A stretch of DNA of 62,935 nucleotides, filler included, from Octopus bimaculoides (taxonomy: Eukaryota), in NCBI RefSeq assembly GCF_001194135.2. It is 6 parts of 6 records of this genome, joined end to end, with 100 filler letters (N's around TTAATTAATTAA, not from the genome) between each part and the next. Parts side by side here need not be neighbours in the genome. Positions count along the whole stretch, not along the records: positions 1 to 17,085 come from NC_069005.1; 5 more parts are not named here. One strand, given 5' to 3'. Each line of letters begins with the position of its first letter. Positions within the stretch are counted from its first letter, which is position 1. Below are positions 1-13,684 of this stretch, piece by piece. The translations under genes were made by a program, and so were the position numbers. Below the pieces are notes generated by a model. That model ran no database searches, had not been told where the DNA came from, and saw only the letters and a program-made list of their open reading frames with translations.

Positions 1-189
1 TTATTGTTATCATTATTATTATTTTTATTATTTATTTTATTTTATTTTATTTTTTTTGGTAACGAAGATGATTTATAAGGCTGTTTACATTCGAGGAGAA
101 AAAGAAAAACGAACAAATTAAATTTGCAAAACTAAAAATGCGTCAATAACTCTCGCTTATGTATATTTGCGTGCGCGGTTGTGTCTGCA

Positions 190-268
<79 letters not shown>

Positions 269-354
269 NNNNNNNNNNNNNNNNNNNNNNNNNNNNNNNN
301 NNNNNNNNNNNNNNNNNNNNNNNNNNNNNNNNNNNNNNNNNNNNNNNNNNNNNN

Positions 355-399
<45 letters not shown>

Positions 400-739
400 C
401 ATGCATATATGTGTGTGTGTGTATGTGTGTGTGTGTAATATATGTATATATATACATATATATTCATTCATATACATACATATATATATATATATATACA
501 TACATACATGCATATATGTGTGTGTGTAGATACTTGCATTATAGACGCCACACACACACACACACATGAACTTTCGAGCTTTGTAGTGAAAGTAATGCAA
601 AAGTAGGTGTAATTCTTTTATTTACAGACAGAGCTCGTTCAAGCATATGTTGTTAGAATAACTCTTTTACGATTGTAACTTTTTCTTCGTCTTTCTTTTC
701 ATTGCCAGCAGACGATTGTTTTCAATCAGAAGTGACGTA

Positions 740-1410
740 CCATCTGTGAATTCTCCGCGAAGTGAGATCCATCTTGTTTACAGCCACCAAACCCGTCCAA
801 GCGAATAGCTGGCTTTTGAACACTTCTGAGGCCTTGAAGAAGATATATGATATATTCCGTGTACTGAGTCCTTTTTGTCAGGATCATAAAGATAAGCCCA
901 TGTTTCATCCTAAATCAGTCGGTCGTCAAGGCTGCGGAAGTTCAAGAGAGCAAATGATATGCTCAGACGTACTTGGTGGTTGTCTCAGGTGTCATTTTTG
1001 CTTGAATTTCTGGAAAGGAGACGTAACATGAATAGCAAGCGGTACGTCGAGACAGGAAGAAGAAACCAAGAGGAAGAAACCAAATACGAATCTAAAAACA
1101 GTGCATATTCACCATGGCAATGAATAACCACACACACATACACATTTTTGGCGTTAAATCTGACAATCAGCAAATTGGGCTGTCAGGAATCCCCCTATCT
1201 GTTATACAACCCACATCTGGCGTCCTCTGACTTCAACTTGTTCCGTTTAATGATGGACACTATTTGGGGACAACAATTTAATGGCAGAGACGAGGTGAAA
1301 TTACTGCACAACACTGTACACCTGAATTTTTCCAAAGAGATTTGTGCGGAAGATCTAATGATCGCTTACAATAGAAACTATGTTGGGTAATTTCTTTATA
1401 TAGAGGAAGA
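740..1410 (+). mobile_element. Mariner transposase relic (catalytic C-terminal half)
   Basis: LEFLERRRNMNSKRY and ISKLGCQESPYLLYNPHLASSDFNLFRL..QQFNGRDEVK resemble HPPYSPDLAPSDFHLF..F..DEVK. Confidence 0.72.
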
Positions 1411-1629
1411 GTTACTCTGCCAATATGTGCATATCTGGACAACCTACATTAATTGATATAATGTCATGTCCTCGTTTGCGTTAATGCCGGCACAGCTCTC
1501 GTGTGTATGTGTGTATGTGTGTGTATACACACTCACCCACATGAGAATGAATCATTGATTATCTATAAGTGGGTGACAATTGATTAATTAACACATATAC
1601 AAATCAGCAATCTCCTTTTAAAACAATTC

Positions 1630-1790
1630 ACAACAGACTTGGTTTAGTAAGGAACTGAAGTAAGCATTGTTTATGCATCTCGACTCACAGCTAAAAAAGA
1701 AATGTTTTTTTATCCTGGGAGCATGAAGGAGCTTGTTCAAAGATGACCCAAAGGGGTTGAAAAGCAAAGGGTTGAAAAGGGCGAAATTTA
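1630..1790 (+). mobile_element. Mariner C-terminus relic
   Basis: FYPGSMKELVQR*PKGVEK resembles FY..GI..LV.RW.K.VE. Confidence 0.45.
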
Positions 1791-2041
1791 ATAATGCATC
1801 CCATGTCTCAGTTTGAAACATTTTCCTCCGGAAGCCGCAAAGGAATTTGTGCAAAGACAGCCCAAGGGTGTTGAAAGACAAGGGGACTATGTTACACTCA
1901 CCCAATATTTTTGAGACCTATGATATTGCTGTAATAAATTTATAAAAATGAATAATAAAAACAGAGGATCAATGAATGTTAATTTCGTCAAGAGCAAACA
2001 GAAAGTGGAGCAGCCGTGGCTAATAAAAATATTAATGAAAA

Positions 2042-2170
2042 CCCTTTCTACTATAGGCACAAGGCCTGAATTTTGTTGGAGGGGGTATAGTCGATTACAT
2101 CGAACCCAGTACTCAACTGGTACTTAATTTATCGACCCCGAAGTGATGAAAGGCAAAGTCGACCTCGGCG

Positions 2171-2240
<70 letters not shown>

Positions 2241-2984
2241 TATAATTACAATAATAATAAGATAGTGCTCATGGGAACTACCCATATCCTACGTAAAATA
2301 CTTTCTATGTAATCTCAAATTTTAACACAAACTCATAATTTTCTTATGGTTTCTTAAACATTCTCTAGAACAACACTATGTACAAAACCAAATATATGAC
2401 ACCCTAGGCATAACACCAACATGAACCTCTAACTTGTTGTCTCTTGAGGTCTCTGGGTGAGACTTGGAGCCAACTTATACAATTGTAAAAAAAAAGTCAA
2501 ACATAAAACAATAATAACAGTATTAATGGTACTATTATTAACATTATCATTAATACTATTAATATTATTTATACCATTAATAATATTATATATATATATG
2601 TGTGTGTGTGTTCATATATATGTACGTGCGTTCATGACGTTCTAAATTTAACTTATGTAATTCATTTTTAGGAAGCCGTTGTATAAAAACGAAGACATCA
2701 TTGTCATATTAAGTGGATTCTCTATCTTAACCATCGATTAATCTATTCTTGTAGCTTAGTCACGGCTAATGTAGTGAAGGAAAAGCTGTCAGCAATAATC
2801 CATTGATTATTTGAACTAAGAATTTCCTCAATCACCAAAGAACGTTACGATGCCAATGCATTTATATATATATGCATATAAGCATTTGCATATGGCGACA
2901 CACTACTATGTAAAGCGCAAAACTATCTGAACGTAAATCACGTTTACATGAATGACAATTCAGTAGGGTACTTACAAAATAATG

Positions 2985-3054
<70 letters not shown>

Positions 3055-3292
3055 TAATAATAATAATGGTAATAATCCTTTCTACTACAGGCACGAGGTC
3101 TGAAATTTTGGGAGAGGGCGCCAGTCGATTAGATCGACCCCAGTACGCAACCGGTGCTTAATTCATCGATCCCAAAAGGATGAAAGGCAATGTCGACCTG
3201 GATGGAATTTCAACTGAGAGCGTAAAGATGGACGAAATGTTGTTATGCATTTTTTCCCGGCATGCTAACAATTGTATCGGCTCGCCATCTTT

Positions 3293-3323
<31 letters not shown>

Positions 3324-3490
3324 TGATGATGATTTCAAACTTTGACACAAGGCCGCCTACTTGTACTTATTTTATCGACCCCCGAAAGTATGAAAAGCAA
3401 AGTGGACAACGGCGGAATTTGAACTCAGAACGTAAAGACGGACTAAGCATTTCGCCCGGTGTGCTAATGATTCTGCCAGCTCGTCGTCTT
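2042..3490 (-). mobile_element. Three family A SINE copies (2042-2174, about 3075-3290, about 3335-3490) separated by (AAT)n
   Basis: Reverse-complement matches to the family A core and tail. Confidence 0.85.
2259..2510 (+). mobile_element. 3' end of an RLE-type (R4/Dong-like) non-LTR retrotransposon
   Basis: KIVLMGTTHILRKILSM* followed by a 3' UTR, embedded in (AAT)n. Confidence 0.6.
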
Positions 3491-3639
3491 AAATAATCCT
3501 TAAATAGTCACAAGCCATAGCCGCGGTTTCTTGGCTACGACAAATATAGGACAAAAGAGAAAGGTGAAAGATACTTTTCCATCTGGAGAAAGCCTACTAG
3601 ATTTCCCACGTGATCATCCATTTACTTGTCTGACAACTT

Positions 3640-3870
3640 GCACTATGGCCGTTTCTCCGATAAATCAATGATTCCATTTGAAGGCATAATGAAACGGTTT
3701 CGGAAAATGTCAGCAATAAGACATTGATTATTCGATGGTTTTGTTTAATTAACAAAGAGCAGAGTAACATGTTAAAGAACAGTGAAAAAAAAGCCTTTGA
3801 AACAGCGAAGGTCATTATGAGGCCAATGTGTTTATATATGAAACACTTTCCAAGGCATTTGTTTGGTATG
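3640..3870 (+). mobile_element. Possible piggyBac transposase relic
   Basis: SDKSMIPFEG resembles the piggyBac DESMIPFKG motif; otherwise very decayed. Confidence 0.4.
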
Positions 3871-3999
3871 TTGATAACAACCAGCTGCATCTGTCTGTCT
3901 GTTTCTCTGTCTGTCTCTGTCTGTTTGGCTATCTATTTATCTGTCAGTCTATCAGTCTGTCAGTCTGTCTGTTTATCTATCAATCCGCTTGTCTGTATA

Positions 4000-4051
<52 letters not shown>

Positions 4052-4072
4052 TCTATATATATATTTTTTTTT

Positions 4073-4184
4073 CCGCGATCCCTTTTGATCGAAATCCCCC
4101 CCCCTTTTTTACCGCGATCCCTTTTGATCGAAATCCCCCCCCTTTTTTCCGCGATCCCTTTTGATCGAAATTATCCCCCCCCCC
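4073..4184. repeat. Three tandem 37-39-bp units, each with a CGATC-CCTTTT-GATCG hairpin
   Basis: CCGCGATCCCTTTTGATCGAAAT repeats at 4073, 4112 and 4149. Confidence 0.9.
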
Positions 4185-4355
4185 AAAGAAAAGCTCTACA
4201 TTGTAATTTGTCTATTTTTTGTATTTAGCCCTGTGTGGCTATAATAAAAAGATATCTTTCTGTCCGTCTGTCTCTGGAAATCTATTTATCTGTCTGTCAG
4301 TCTGTCTGTTTATCAATCTATCTGTCTATCTGTCTGTCTTCCTGTCTGTTTGTCA

Positions 4356-4407
<52 letters not shown>

Positions 4408-4703
4408 GTTTCTCCGCCCAACTGCCTGTCATTCTATCTATCTATTTATCTATCTGTCTGTCTGTTTGTGTCTCTGTGTATCTATCAATTTATCTACCCA
4501 CCTCTCTCACTCTATCTACCCATCTCTCTATCCCAACCCCCCTCTCTCTCTCCTTCTAGGTAGCTATCAGGAGGGAATTTCTTCTTCCTCGAATTTTTAC
4601 AAACGACAAAAACATAAATTTATCTAAAGGAAATTAGATTCCACTCAGAAATATACTGTTTTATACAATTGCTAGAAATTTGCTAGGGAAAAGACAAAAA
4701 GTG

Positions 4704-4752
<49 letters not shown>

Positions 4753-5378
4753 AAAAAAAGAAATAAAACCATTCGCAATGTCTTTGGAGATGCTAAATTT
4801 GCTGTGTTACTATTTTCCTGCTTCTAATCTCGCTGAATCTGGCTCCAACCGGCTGACGCACGAAGATCTCGTAACCAACGTGATATGAAAACGTGAAGTA
4901 ATTTTTCTCTATCACTAACAACACTACAGCAAGATAAGAGTCAGAAAGCGCACACTAAATAAGATACCAGTCATTATGTACGGTCTATGTCTTTAACTTT
5001 CTAATGTTATTTTGGTAAATGAAGTCCAAGTTGTTTAAATTAGATAGAAGCAGCAGCAGTTTTTTTTGTTCTTGTTTTTTTATAGTTTATCTTTTGCTTC
5101 TTTGTCATTTGATTGCGGCCATGCTGGGGCACCGCCTTGAAGAATTTTTAACCGAATGAATCGACCCTAGTGCTTTTACTCTTCCAAAGCCTGGTAATTA
5201 TTCTATCGATATCTTTTTGCCGAAACGCTATATTACGGTACGTAAGCACACCAACACCGGCTGTGAAGCGGTGGCGAGGCACGCGCGCGCGCGCGCACGC
5301 ACACACACAGATATACATACACAAACACACAAATACATATACGCAGATATACACTTCTCTCGATATGTATATCTGTCA

Positions 5379-5550
5379 AGGCGGCGAGCTTAGCGGTCTG
5401 TCTTTACGTTCTGAGTTCAAATTCCGCCGAAGTTGACTTTGCCTTTCATCCTTTCGAGGTCGATAAATTAAGTACCAGTTGCATACTGGGGTCGAGGTAA
5501 TCGACTGGCCCCCTCCCCCAAAATTTCGGACCTTGTGCCTTGAGTAGAAA
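5379..5550 (+). mobile_element. tRNA-derived SINE family A (internally deleted copy)
   Basis: GGCGGCGAGCT head, GAGTTCAAATTCC B-box, GCCTTTCATCCTTTCGAGGTCGATAAATTAAGTACC core and CCTTGTGCCT tail; many copies in the window. Confidence 0.9.
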
Positions 5551-5595
5551 ACGATATATATATATATAGATAGATATATATATGTCGATTTGACA

Positions 5596-5652
<57 letters not shown>

Positions 5653-5874
5653 CCTATCTATCTGTCTGTCAATTTGTCTGTCTGTCTGTCTCTTTGTCTA
5701 TCTATTTATATATATGTCTGTCTCTTTGTCTATTTATATATATATCTGTCTGTCAATTTGTCTGTCTGTTTGTATGTCTGTCTGTCTCTCTTTGTTTAAC
5801 CTTCCAGCTTCCCGTTTGCTAGCCAGCTATTTCGTCTCTCGCATTGTAACTATTTATCTGTGTACATGTCTCTT

Positions 5875-5922
<48 letters not shown>

Positions 5923-6874
5923 NNNNNNNNNNNNNNNNNNNNNNNNNNNNNNNNNNNNNNNNNNNNNNNNNNNNNNNNNNNNNNNNNNNNNNNNNNNNNN
6001 NNNNNNNNNNNNNNNNNNNNNNNNNNNNNNNNNNNNNNNNNNNNNNNNNNNNNNNNNNNNNNNNNNNNNNNNNNNNNNNNNNNNNNNNNNNNNNNNNNNN
6101 NNNNNNNNNNNNNNNNNNNNNNNNNNNNNNNNNNNNNNNNNNNNNNNNNNNNNNNNNNNNNNNNNNNNNNNNNNNNNNNNNNNNNNNNNNNNNNNNNNNN
6201 NNNNNNNNNNNNNNNNNNNNNNNNNNNNNNNNNNNNNNNNNNNNNNNNNNNNNNNNNNNNNNNNNNNNNNNNNNNNNNNNNNNNNNNNNNNNNNNNNNNN
6301 NNNNNNNNNNNNNNNNNNNNNNNNNNNNNNNNNNNNNNNNNNNNNNNNNNNNNNNNNNNNNNNNNNNNNNNNNNNNNNNNNNNNNNNNNNNNNNNNNNNN
6401 NNNNNNNNNNNNNNNNNNNNNNNNNNNNNNNNNNNNNNNNNNNNNNNNNNNNNNNNNNNNNNNNNNNNNNNNNNNNNNNNNNNNNNNNNNNNNNNNNNNN
6501 NNNNNNNNNNNNNNNNNNNNNNNNNNNNNNNNNNNNNNNNNNNNNNNNNNNNNNNNNNNNNNNNNNNNNNNNNNNNNNNNNNNNNNNNNNNNNNNNNNNN
6601 NNNNNNNNNNNNNNNNNNNNNNNNNNNNNNNNNNNNNNNNNNNNNNNNNNNNNNNNNNNNNNNNNNNNNNNNNNNNNNNNNNNNNNNNNNNNNNNNNNNN
6701 NNNNNNNNNNNNNNNNNNNNNNNNNNNNNNNNNNNNNNNNNNNNNNNNNNNNNNNNNNNNNNNNNNNNNNNNNNNNNNNNNNNNNNNNNNNNNNNNNNNN
6801 NNNNNNNNNNNNNNNNNNNNNNNNNNNNNNNNNNNNNNNNNNNNNNNNNNNNNNNNNNNNNNNNNNNNNNNNNN

Positions 6875-6916
<42 letters not shown>

Positions 6917-8788
6917 TGTGTGTATGTATCTATGTATATGCACATGTATGTGTTTGTGTGCACGGTTGTGTCTGAGAGTGTGTGTGCATGTGTATTGTGC
7001 ATTTATGTGTGTGTTCTGCGATTTTTTTTTTGTTTTTTTTCTTTTTCCTGGGTTTTATTTTCCTCCAGCTAATCGTGAAACTAACACCCTTGCCAATATC
7101 AGCAACACTTTTACCGCCCACCATAACAACAACAAGAACAACGTTAACCACCATCAGCGCCGCCGCCCCTCTTCACTCATACTATTACCCCCGCTACCAC
7201 CGACATCAAATCTATCAACAGCAATAACAACAACAACAACAACAGCAGCAGCAGCAGCAGCAGCAACAAGAACCAGAGAATATGAACGATATCATTGAGA
7301 AGTTATAGATGCCTGTGTGTTTCTCTGAAGATGGGTAGCGTTATTGAATGGAAGAAGTAAAGAAAGAAGAAGAAAACTAAACCAAAATAAGAAAGCGAGG
7401 AAAAGAGAGGAGGGTGTTGGAGTGAGAAAGATGTTATAGCAGTTTGTTAGAGAATCTGTGTGTTGAAAGGAGGGCGGAAACAGGGATGGTGCCAGAGAAC
7501 AAAAAAAGTTTATTTTCCAATACTGCTGTGAGCAATTTCTTAAATATGAAACTTATCTCTATTGTATCTCAAATGTCAATCTTTTTCCATATCAACTTCC
7601 ATCAAAATATGAAATTTGCCAAGTAAAAAGGGAAAAGAAGACATCTTGCCTCGAAAAAAAAAAAACGAAAATGGAGAAAAGAGTAAAAAATACAGGAGAT
7701 ATAGACAAGGAAGAAAATACGTTTCTATGGGATAAAAATTCTTTCTTACAATGGCACATGTCTCAAATACAAAAAAGAATATGTCCAAATGTTATTGATA
7801 TTTCTCTACAAAGGAGAGAAATATTTTAAATACTGTGCTAAGACAGGATTTACAAAGATATCATTGCATTTTGTGCAAACGAGAAATACTTTCAAATAGG
7901 TAACTACGTACTGGAATCAATCGCAATATCGCATATGATTTTATTCTTTAACGCGAAATCAGTTATTGGGCAGCGACCGTTTTGATGTATCTGTTTAAAG
8001 GGTTCCGTTTTAGCTGATAATGTCCACCTTAGTTCTGTGACCGGTGTTTGTTCTATCGACCACGAAAGGTGGGAAAAGCAAAGAATAACCACATCTAAAA
8101 AAAGAGAAAAGAAGGATGCAATTGAAGGACAATTTTGTTGCTACATCGATCCTATCATCCCTCACCTNNNNNNNNNNNNNNNNNNNNNNNNNNNNNNNNN
8201 NNNNNNNNNNNNNNNNNNNNNNNNNNNNNNNNNNNNNNNNNNNNNNNNNNNNNNNNNNNNNNNNNNNNNNNNNNNNNNNNNNNNNNNNNNNNNNNNNNNN
8301 NNNNNNNNNNNNNNNNNNNNNNNNNNNNNNNNNNNNNNNNNNNNNNNNNNNNNNNNNNNNNNNNNNNNNNNNNNNNNNNNNNNNNNNNNNNNNNNNNNNN
8401 NNNNNNNNNNNNNNNNNNNNNNNNNNNNNNNNNNNNNNNNNNNNNNNNNNNNNNNNNNNNNNNNNNNNNNNNNNNNNNNNNNNNNNNNNNNNNNNNNNNN
8501 NNNNNNNNNNNNNNNNNNNNNNNNNNNNNNNNNNNNNNNNNNNNNNNNNNNNNNNNNNNNNNNNNNNNNNNNNNNNNNNNNNNNNNNNNNNNNNNNNNNN
8601 NNNNNNNNNNNNNNNNNNNNNNNNNNNNNNNNNNNNNNNNNNNNNNNNNNNNNNNNNNNNNNNNNNNNNNNNNNNNNNNNNNNNNNNNNNNNNNNNNNNN
8701 NNNNNNNNNNNNNNNNNNNNNNNNNNNNNNNNNNNNNNNNNNNNNNNNNNNNNNNNNNNNNNNNNNNNNNNNNNNNNNNNNNNNNNTA

Positions 8789-8826
<38 letters not shown>

Positions 8827-9092
8827 TTTATATATATATATGTATATATATGTATATATATTCATATATATACACATTCACACATACATATACGTGTATG
8901 TGTGTTACATGTAATGAAGGCTTAAGATTTTCATATTTTCCTTAAAGGATTTAGTCGAATAAATCGAACCCGCTACTCTCTTTTTTAAGACCCCTACTTA
9001 TTTTGTCGGTCTTAAGCTGAACCGCTAAGTTTTGAGGATGTAAACAGAACAACAGCAGATACCAAACGGTAGGGAGAACAAACCTGAAGACT

Positions 9093-9159
<67 letters not shown>

Positions 9160-10420
9160 GCTTCCTTATAGTTTGTATCTATAAAATTTACTCAGAAGGC
9201 ATTTGTCAGCTCTTGGCTAGAGTAGAAACACTTAATTACTGTGATGCGCAATTGAATTGAACCCGAAACCACGGAGTTGCAACTTAGCTGCAAAGCAAGC
9301 TTCTTAACCACGCAGGGAGGCCTCCGCATCCTTGAAAAATGAAAGAAATAAGAAATAATTAAATAAATAAGATGTTACTTTACAAATATTTGTACGAATT
9401 AGAAAACGAAGAAAAATATTAACACAAAGATAACGAAAAGCAGAGTGAAGTTGATATTTCGGCTGATGTGTGGCTGGGCCTTTTCCAAAACAAGCCGATG
9501 GGGATGCATGCATCTCATATTTCGGTAAGATTGCACGCAGAAACGGCCCCACGGTTCAATAATCGATCAGGAAGATACACTAAGAACAAAATTGAATCAA
9601 ATTTTGAAAGTCTTCCATCTCCTTAAAAGCAACTCGAAAAGTCTATTTTATGATATTCTCTTTTGCTAACAGCAACAACACTCCCTTAAAACAACAGCAA
9701 AAATAACTACATAGAGAAGACAAGAGTAGCTTCTACAACAATAGCTGCAACAACAACTATAATAATACCAGCCACTACAAGTACAACAACAAGAGTAGGA
9801 GCGGCAGCACTGGACCGTATCGTACTGATACTCTCCCAGGCCAGGGATACTCACGAATCACGTTGCAGTAGCGTCGCTCAAAATAACTGATAATCGATCT
9901 GTAAGACTTACTGAAGATAAATTAAATGAAATTCGCGAAGCTTTTTTCTTTTTATGTCCTTGAAAATACGTGGTAAAATTCCATTCCATTTACTGATCGT
10001 TTTCTTCTTCTACAAGATGATCACCGCCGCCAGCACCACAACGACGACGAGAACGACGAGTGTGACGACGGCGACGACGACCACCACCACCACCACTACC
10101 ACCACCACCACTACCACCACCACCACCACNNNNNNNNNNATAATCGATCTGTAAGACTTACTGAAGATAAATTAAATGAAATTCGCGAAGCTTTTTTCTT
10201 TTTATGTCCTTGAAAATACGTGGTAAAATTCCATTCCATTTACTGATCGTTTTCTTCTTCTACAAGATGATCACCGCCGCCAGCACCACAACGACGACGA
10301 GAACGACGAGTGTGACGACGGCGACGACGACCACCACCACCACCACTACCACCACCAACAACAACAACACCAAAACCAACCTCATTATCATCACAATGTA
10401 TGTATTTATATTTACATGTA

Positions 10421-10640
10421 TATGAGGGGTTACCGAAAAGTCCCTGGTTTTAAGGATATCGCAAAAGGCCCGGTTGGAGGCCCAATCTTCCAGGTTCTTT
10501 TACAGGGCTTAGAAAAACTGAAGGACCACTGCAATAAGTGTGTGACTCTGAGAGGGGAATATGTTGAATAAAATCATAATTAATTGATCCTCCTGTACTT
10601 TCTTTTACCTAAAGCCAGGAATTTTCCGCATCCCCTCGTA
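10421..10640 (+). mobile_element. Mariner-derived MITE, about 220 bp
   Basis: About 30-bp imperfect TIRs (TATGAGGGG..AAAAG..CCTGG / CCAGG..TTTT..CCCCTCGTA) with TA at both ends; homologous to 38687-38904. Confidence 0.85.
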
Positions 10641-11427
10641 TATACATACATATATAACATCAACAAGTAAAGGAACTTTCTGACTAACTAAAACATACCA
10701 CCTACTTACGTTCTTTTGTAAACCTTTAAAAAATTTCATTGCTATGAAAACTGACACACCCCAAAGTATTAAATATTAGGCTAAACTTTGAACGTTGACC
10801 CTTATTCTCAAAGTAAAGGATTAAACCCAATAAAAATCAAAAAGTCTATCTACCTCCATACATTCATTTGTGAACTCCTAAAAAATAACCCCATGACCTG
10901 AAGCTGATAAACCTAAATGTACACAGCTGTTTATAAAGTTCTACATACATGAAAGCGCATGGTTCAGTGGTTTGAGCGTCGGGCACATAATCATGAGAGA
11001 GGGAGTTTTCACGTCGCTCCAGTTCACTCATCTGTAGAAATAAGTTGTGACGTCACTGGTGCCAAACTGTATCGGCCTTTGCCTTTTCCTTGAATAACAC
11101 CGGTGGCACAGAAAAAGGGAGGCTGGTATGTATGGGTGACTGCTGGTCTTCCATTTCTAACCTAGATTCAAGGAATTTCATTGGAATTTCAACAACAGAA
11201 TATTTTTATATTTATGTATGTATGTATGTATGTATGTATGTGTGTATGAATGCATGTATGTGTGTTTGTATGTATATAATATATGTATGTGTGTGTCTGT
11301 ACGTACATACGTGCGTATGTATGTGTGAATGTATGTGTGTAAGTTTGTATGTATATATATGTGTATGTATGCATGTATTTCTAAGTATGTATGAAATATG
11401 AATGTATGTAGTATGAATGTATGCAAG

Positions 11428-11466
<39 letters not shown>

Positions 11467-13684
11467 GAGCGGATGCATACATGCATGCATCTATGTATAT
11501 ATGTATGTTTATGTGTGTGTATATGTACGTATGTATGTATGTTTATGTATGTGTGTCTATATGTACGTACGTATGTATGTATGTATCTATCTATCTATGT
11601 GTGCATGTGNNNNNNNNNNNNNNNNNNNNNNNNNNNNNNNNNNNNNNNNNNNNNNNNNNNNNNNNNNNNNNNNNNNNNNNNNNNNNNNNNNNNNNNNNNN
11701 NNNNNNNNNNNNNNNNNNNNNNNNNNNNNNNNNNNNNNNNNNNNNNNNNNNNNNNNNNNNNNNNNNNNNNNNNNNNNNNNNNNNNNNNNNNNNNNNNNNN
11801 NNNNNNNNNNNNNNNNNNNNNNNNNNNNNNNNNNNNNNNNNNNNNNNNNNNNNNNNNNNNNNNNNNNNNNNNNNNNNNNNNNNNNNNNNNNNNNNNNNNN
11901 NNNNNNNNNNNNNNNNNNNNNNNNNNNNNNNNNNNNNNNNNNNNNNNNNNNNNNNNNNNNNNNNNNNNNNNNNNNNNNNNNNNNNNNNNNNNNNNNNNNN
12001 NNNNNNNNNNNNNNNNNNNNNNNNNNNNNNNNNNNNNNNNNNNNNNNNNNNNNNNNNNNNNNNNNNNNNNNNNNNNNNNNNNNNNNNNNNNNNNNNNNNN
12101 NNNNNNNNNNNNNNNNNNNNNNNNNNNNNNNNNNNNNNNNNNNNNNNNNNNNNNNNNNNNNNNNNNNNNNNNNNNNNNNNNNNNNNNNNNNNNNNNNNNN
12201 NNNNNNNNNNNNNNNNNNNNNNNNNNNNNNNNNNNNNNNNNNNNNNNNNNNNNNNNNNNNNNNNNNNNNNNNNNNNNNNNNNNNNNNNNNNNNNNNNNNN
12301 NNNNNNNNNNNNNNNNNNNNNNNNNNNNNNNNNNNNNNNNNNNNNNNNNNNNNNNNNNNNNNNNNNNNNNNNNNNNNNNNNNNNNNNNNNNNNNNNNNNN
12401 NNNNNNNNNNNNNNNNNNNNNNNNNNNNNNNNNNNNNNNNNNNNNNNNNNNNNNNNNNNNNNNNNNNNNNNNNNNNNNNNNNNNNTATGTATGTATGTAT
12501 GTATGTGTGTATGAATGCATGTATGTGTGTTTGTATGTATATAATATATGTATGTGTGTGTCTGTACGTACATACGTGCGTATGTATGTGTGAATGTATG
12601 TGTGTAAGTTTGTATGTATATATATGTGTATGTATGCATGTATTTCTAAGTATGTATGAAATATGAATGTATGTAGTATGAATGTATGCAAGTATATATA
12701 TATATATATATACACATATATAAAGAAAAATACGTGTCATATATGCATATATATATATAAGTACACATATTGGAACTGCCATTTAAAGCCATTTTAATGA
12801 CCAATAAAGCATCCAGGTCATTTGTTTTTTCTCTCGGCTAAAGAGAAATAAAAAAAAAAGAACTACTACAAAAAATGAGTAGCAAACACAATACAAATAA
12901 AAATACCCCAAAAACAAAAACAAAAACAAAAGAAAAAATAAAAACAAAATGCGCAAAGGAAAATCGATGTCCAGTTCTATAAAATGTTCAGAAATGGTTT
13001 AAAACTGAGAACGTATTAAACGAAGTAAAATCAAGTGATCGATAATACTAACAGTGAACTATACCAGATTGTGACTGCTGCTAAATATCGAACGATCATC
13101 AATTTTAAATACATACAATGACGGCGATGACCAAGGCGATGACCACGACGATGTAGGTGGTGTTGACGATGAGGGTGTCGATGGGGGGTGGGGGTGGGGT
13201 TTATTTGAAGCTGACGGTGACGATGACGGCGATTGTATTGATTTAATTACTTATGCACTTAGAACGAGTAGTGAATTGGGTTTATTGGATTGGTCGTCTG
13301 AATCTGTCGCTTGGTTTGTCGTCGTCGCCATCGCCATCGTGTTTAGCATCATCAACATCGTCATCATAGTCGTCATCATGACCATCGTTATCACCACCAT
13401 CATCGTCATCGTCATCTCTATCATCATCATCATCATCATCATCATCAACTTCATTCCCAACACCATCCCCACCACCAACACCGTCAGTGCCGCCGCCGTA
13501 GCTATACATGCGCTCAGTAGCAACAGCACTACCAGCGCCACCATCACCATGAGCACAACATTCTGCCTCTGCCGAAGATGACACCAGCACCACCACGAAC
13601 CACCACCACTAGCACCGCTACCACCATTACCACCATTACCACCACCACCACCACCACCACCTTTGAGCCTAAACAACAACTTAC

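Noticed and set aside
4073-4184. Palindromic repeats resembling a CRISPR array
   Set aside because: The spacers are homopolymer runs rather than unique sequence, the context is eukaryotic, and there are no cas genes.
9911-9940. CTGAAGA..GAAA followed by the palindrome TTCGCGAA
   Set aside because: No stem II and no UH cleavage site.
9890-10360. ~240-bp identical tandem duplication
   Set aside because: The copies sit on either side of a 10-N gap next to a trinucleotide run, typical of unmerged contig overlap.
11215-12710. ~230-bp direct repeat (about 11215-11450 and 12486-12710)
   Set aside because: Identical low-complexity sequence on both sides of a gap; most likely an assembly artefact.
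13130-13670. Asp/Gly/Ile/Met-rich ORFs
   Set aside because: Degenerate (CAT)/(CAC)n trinucleotide DNA with no splice or homology support.
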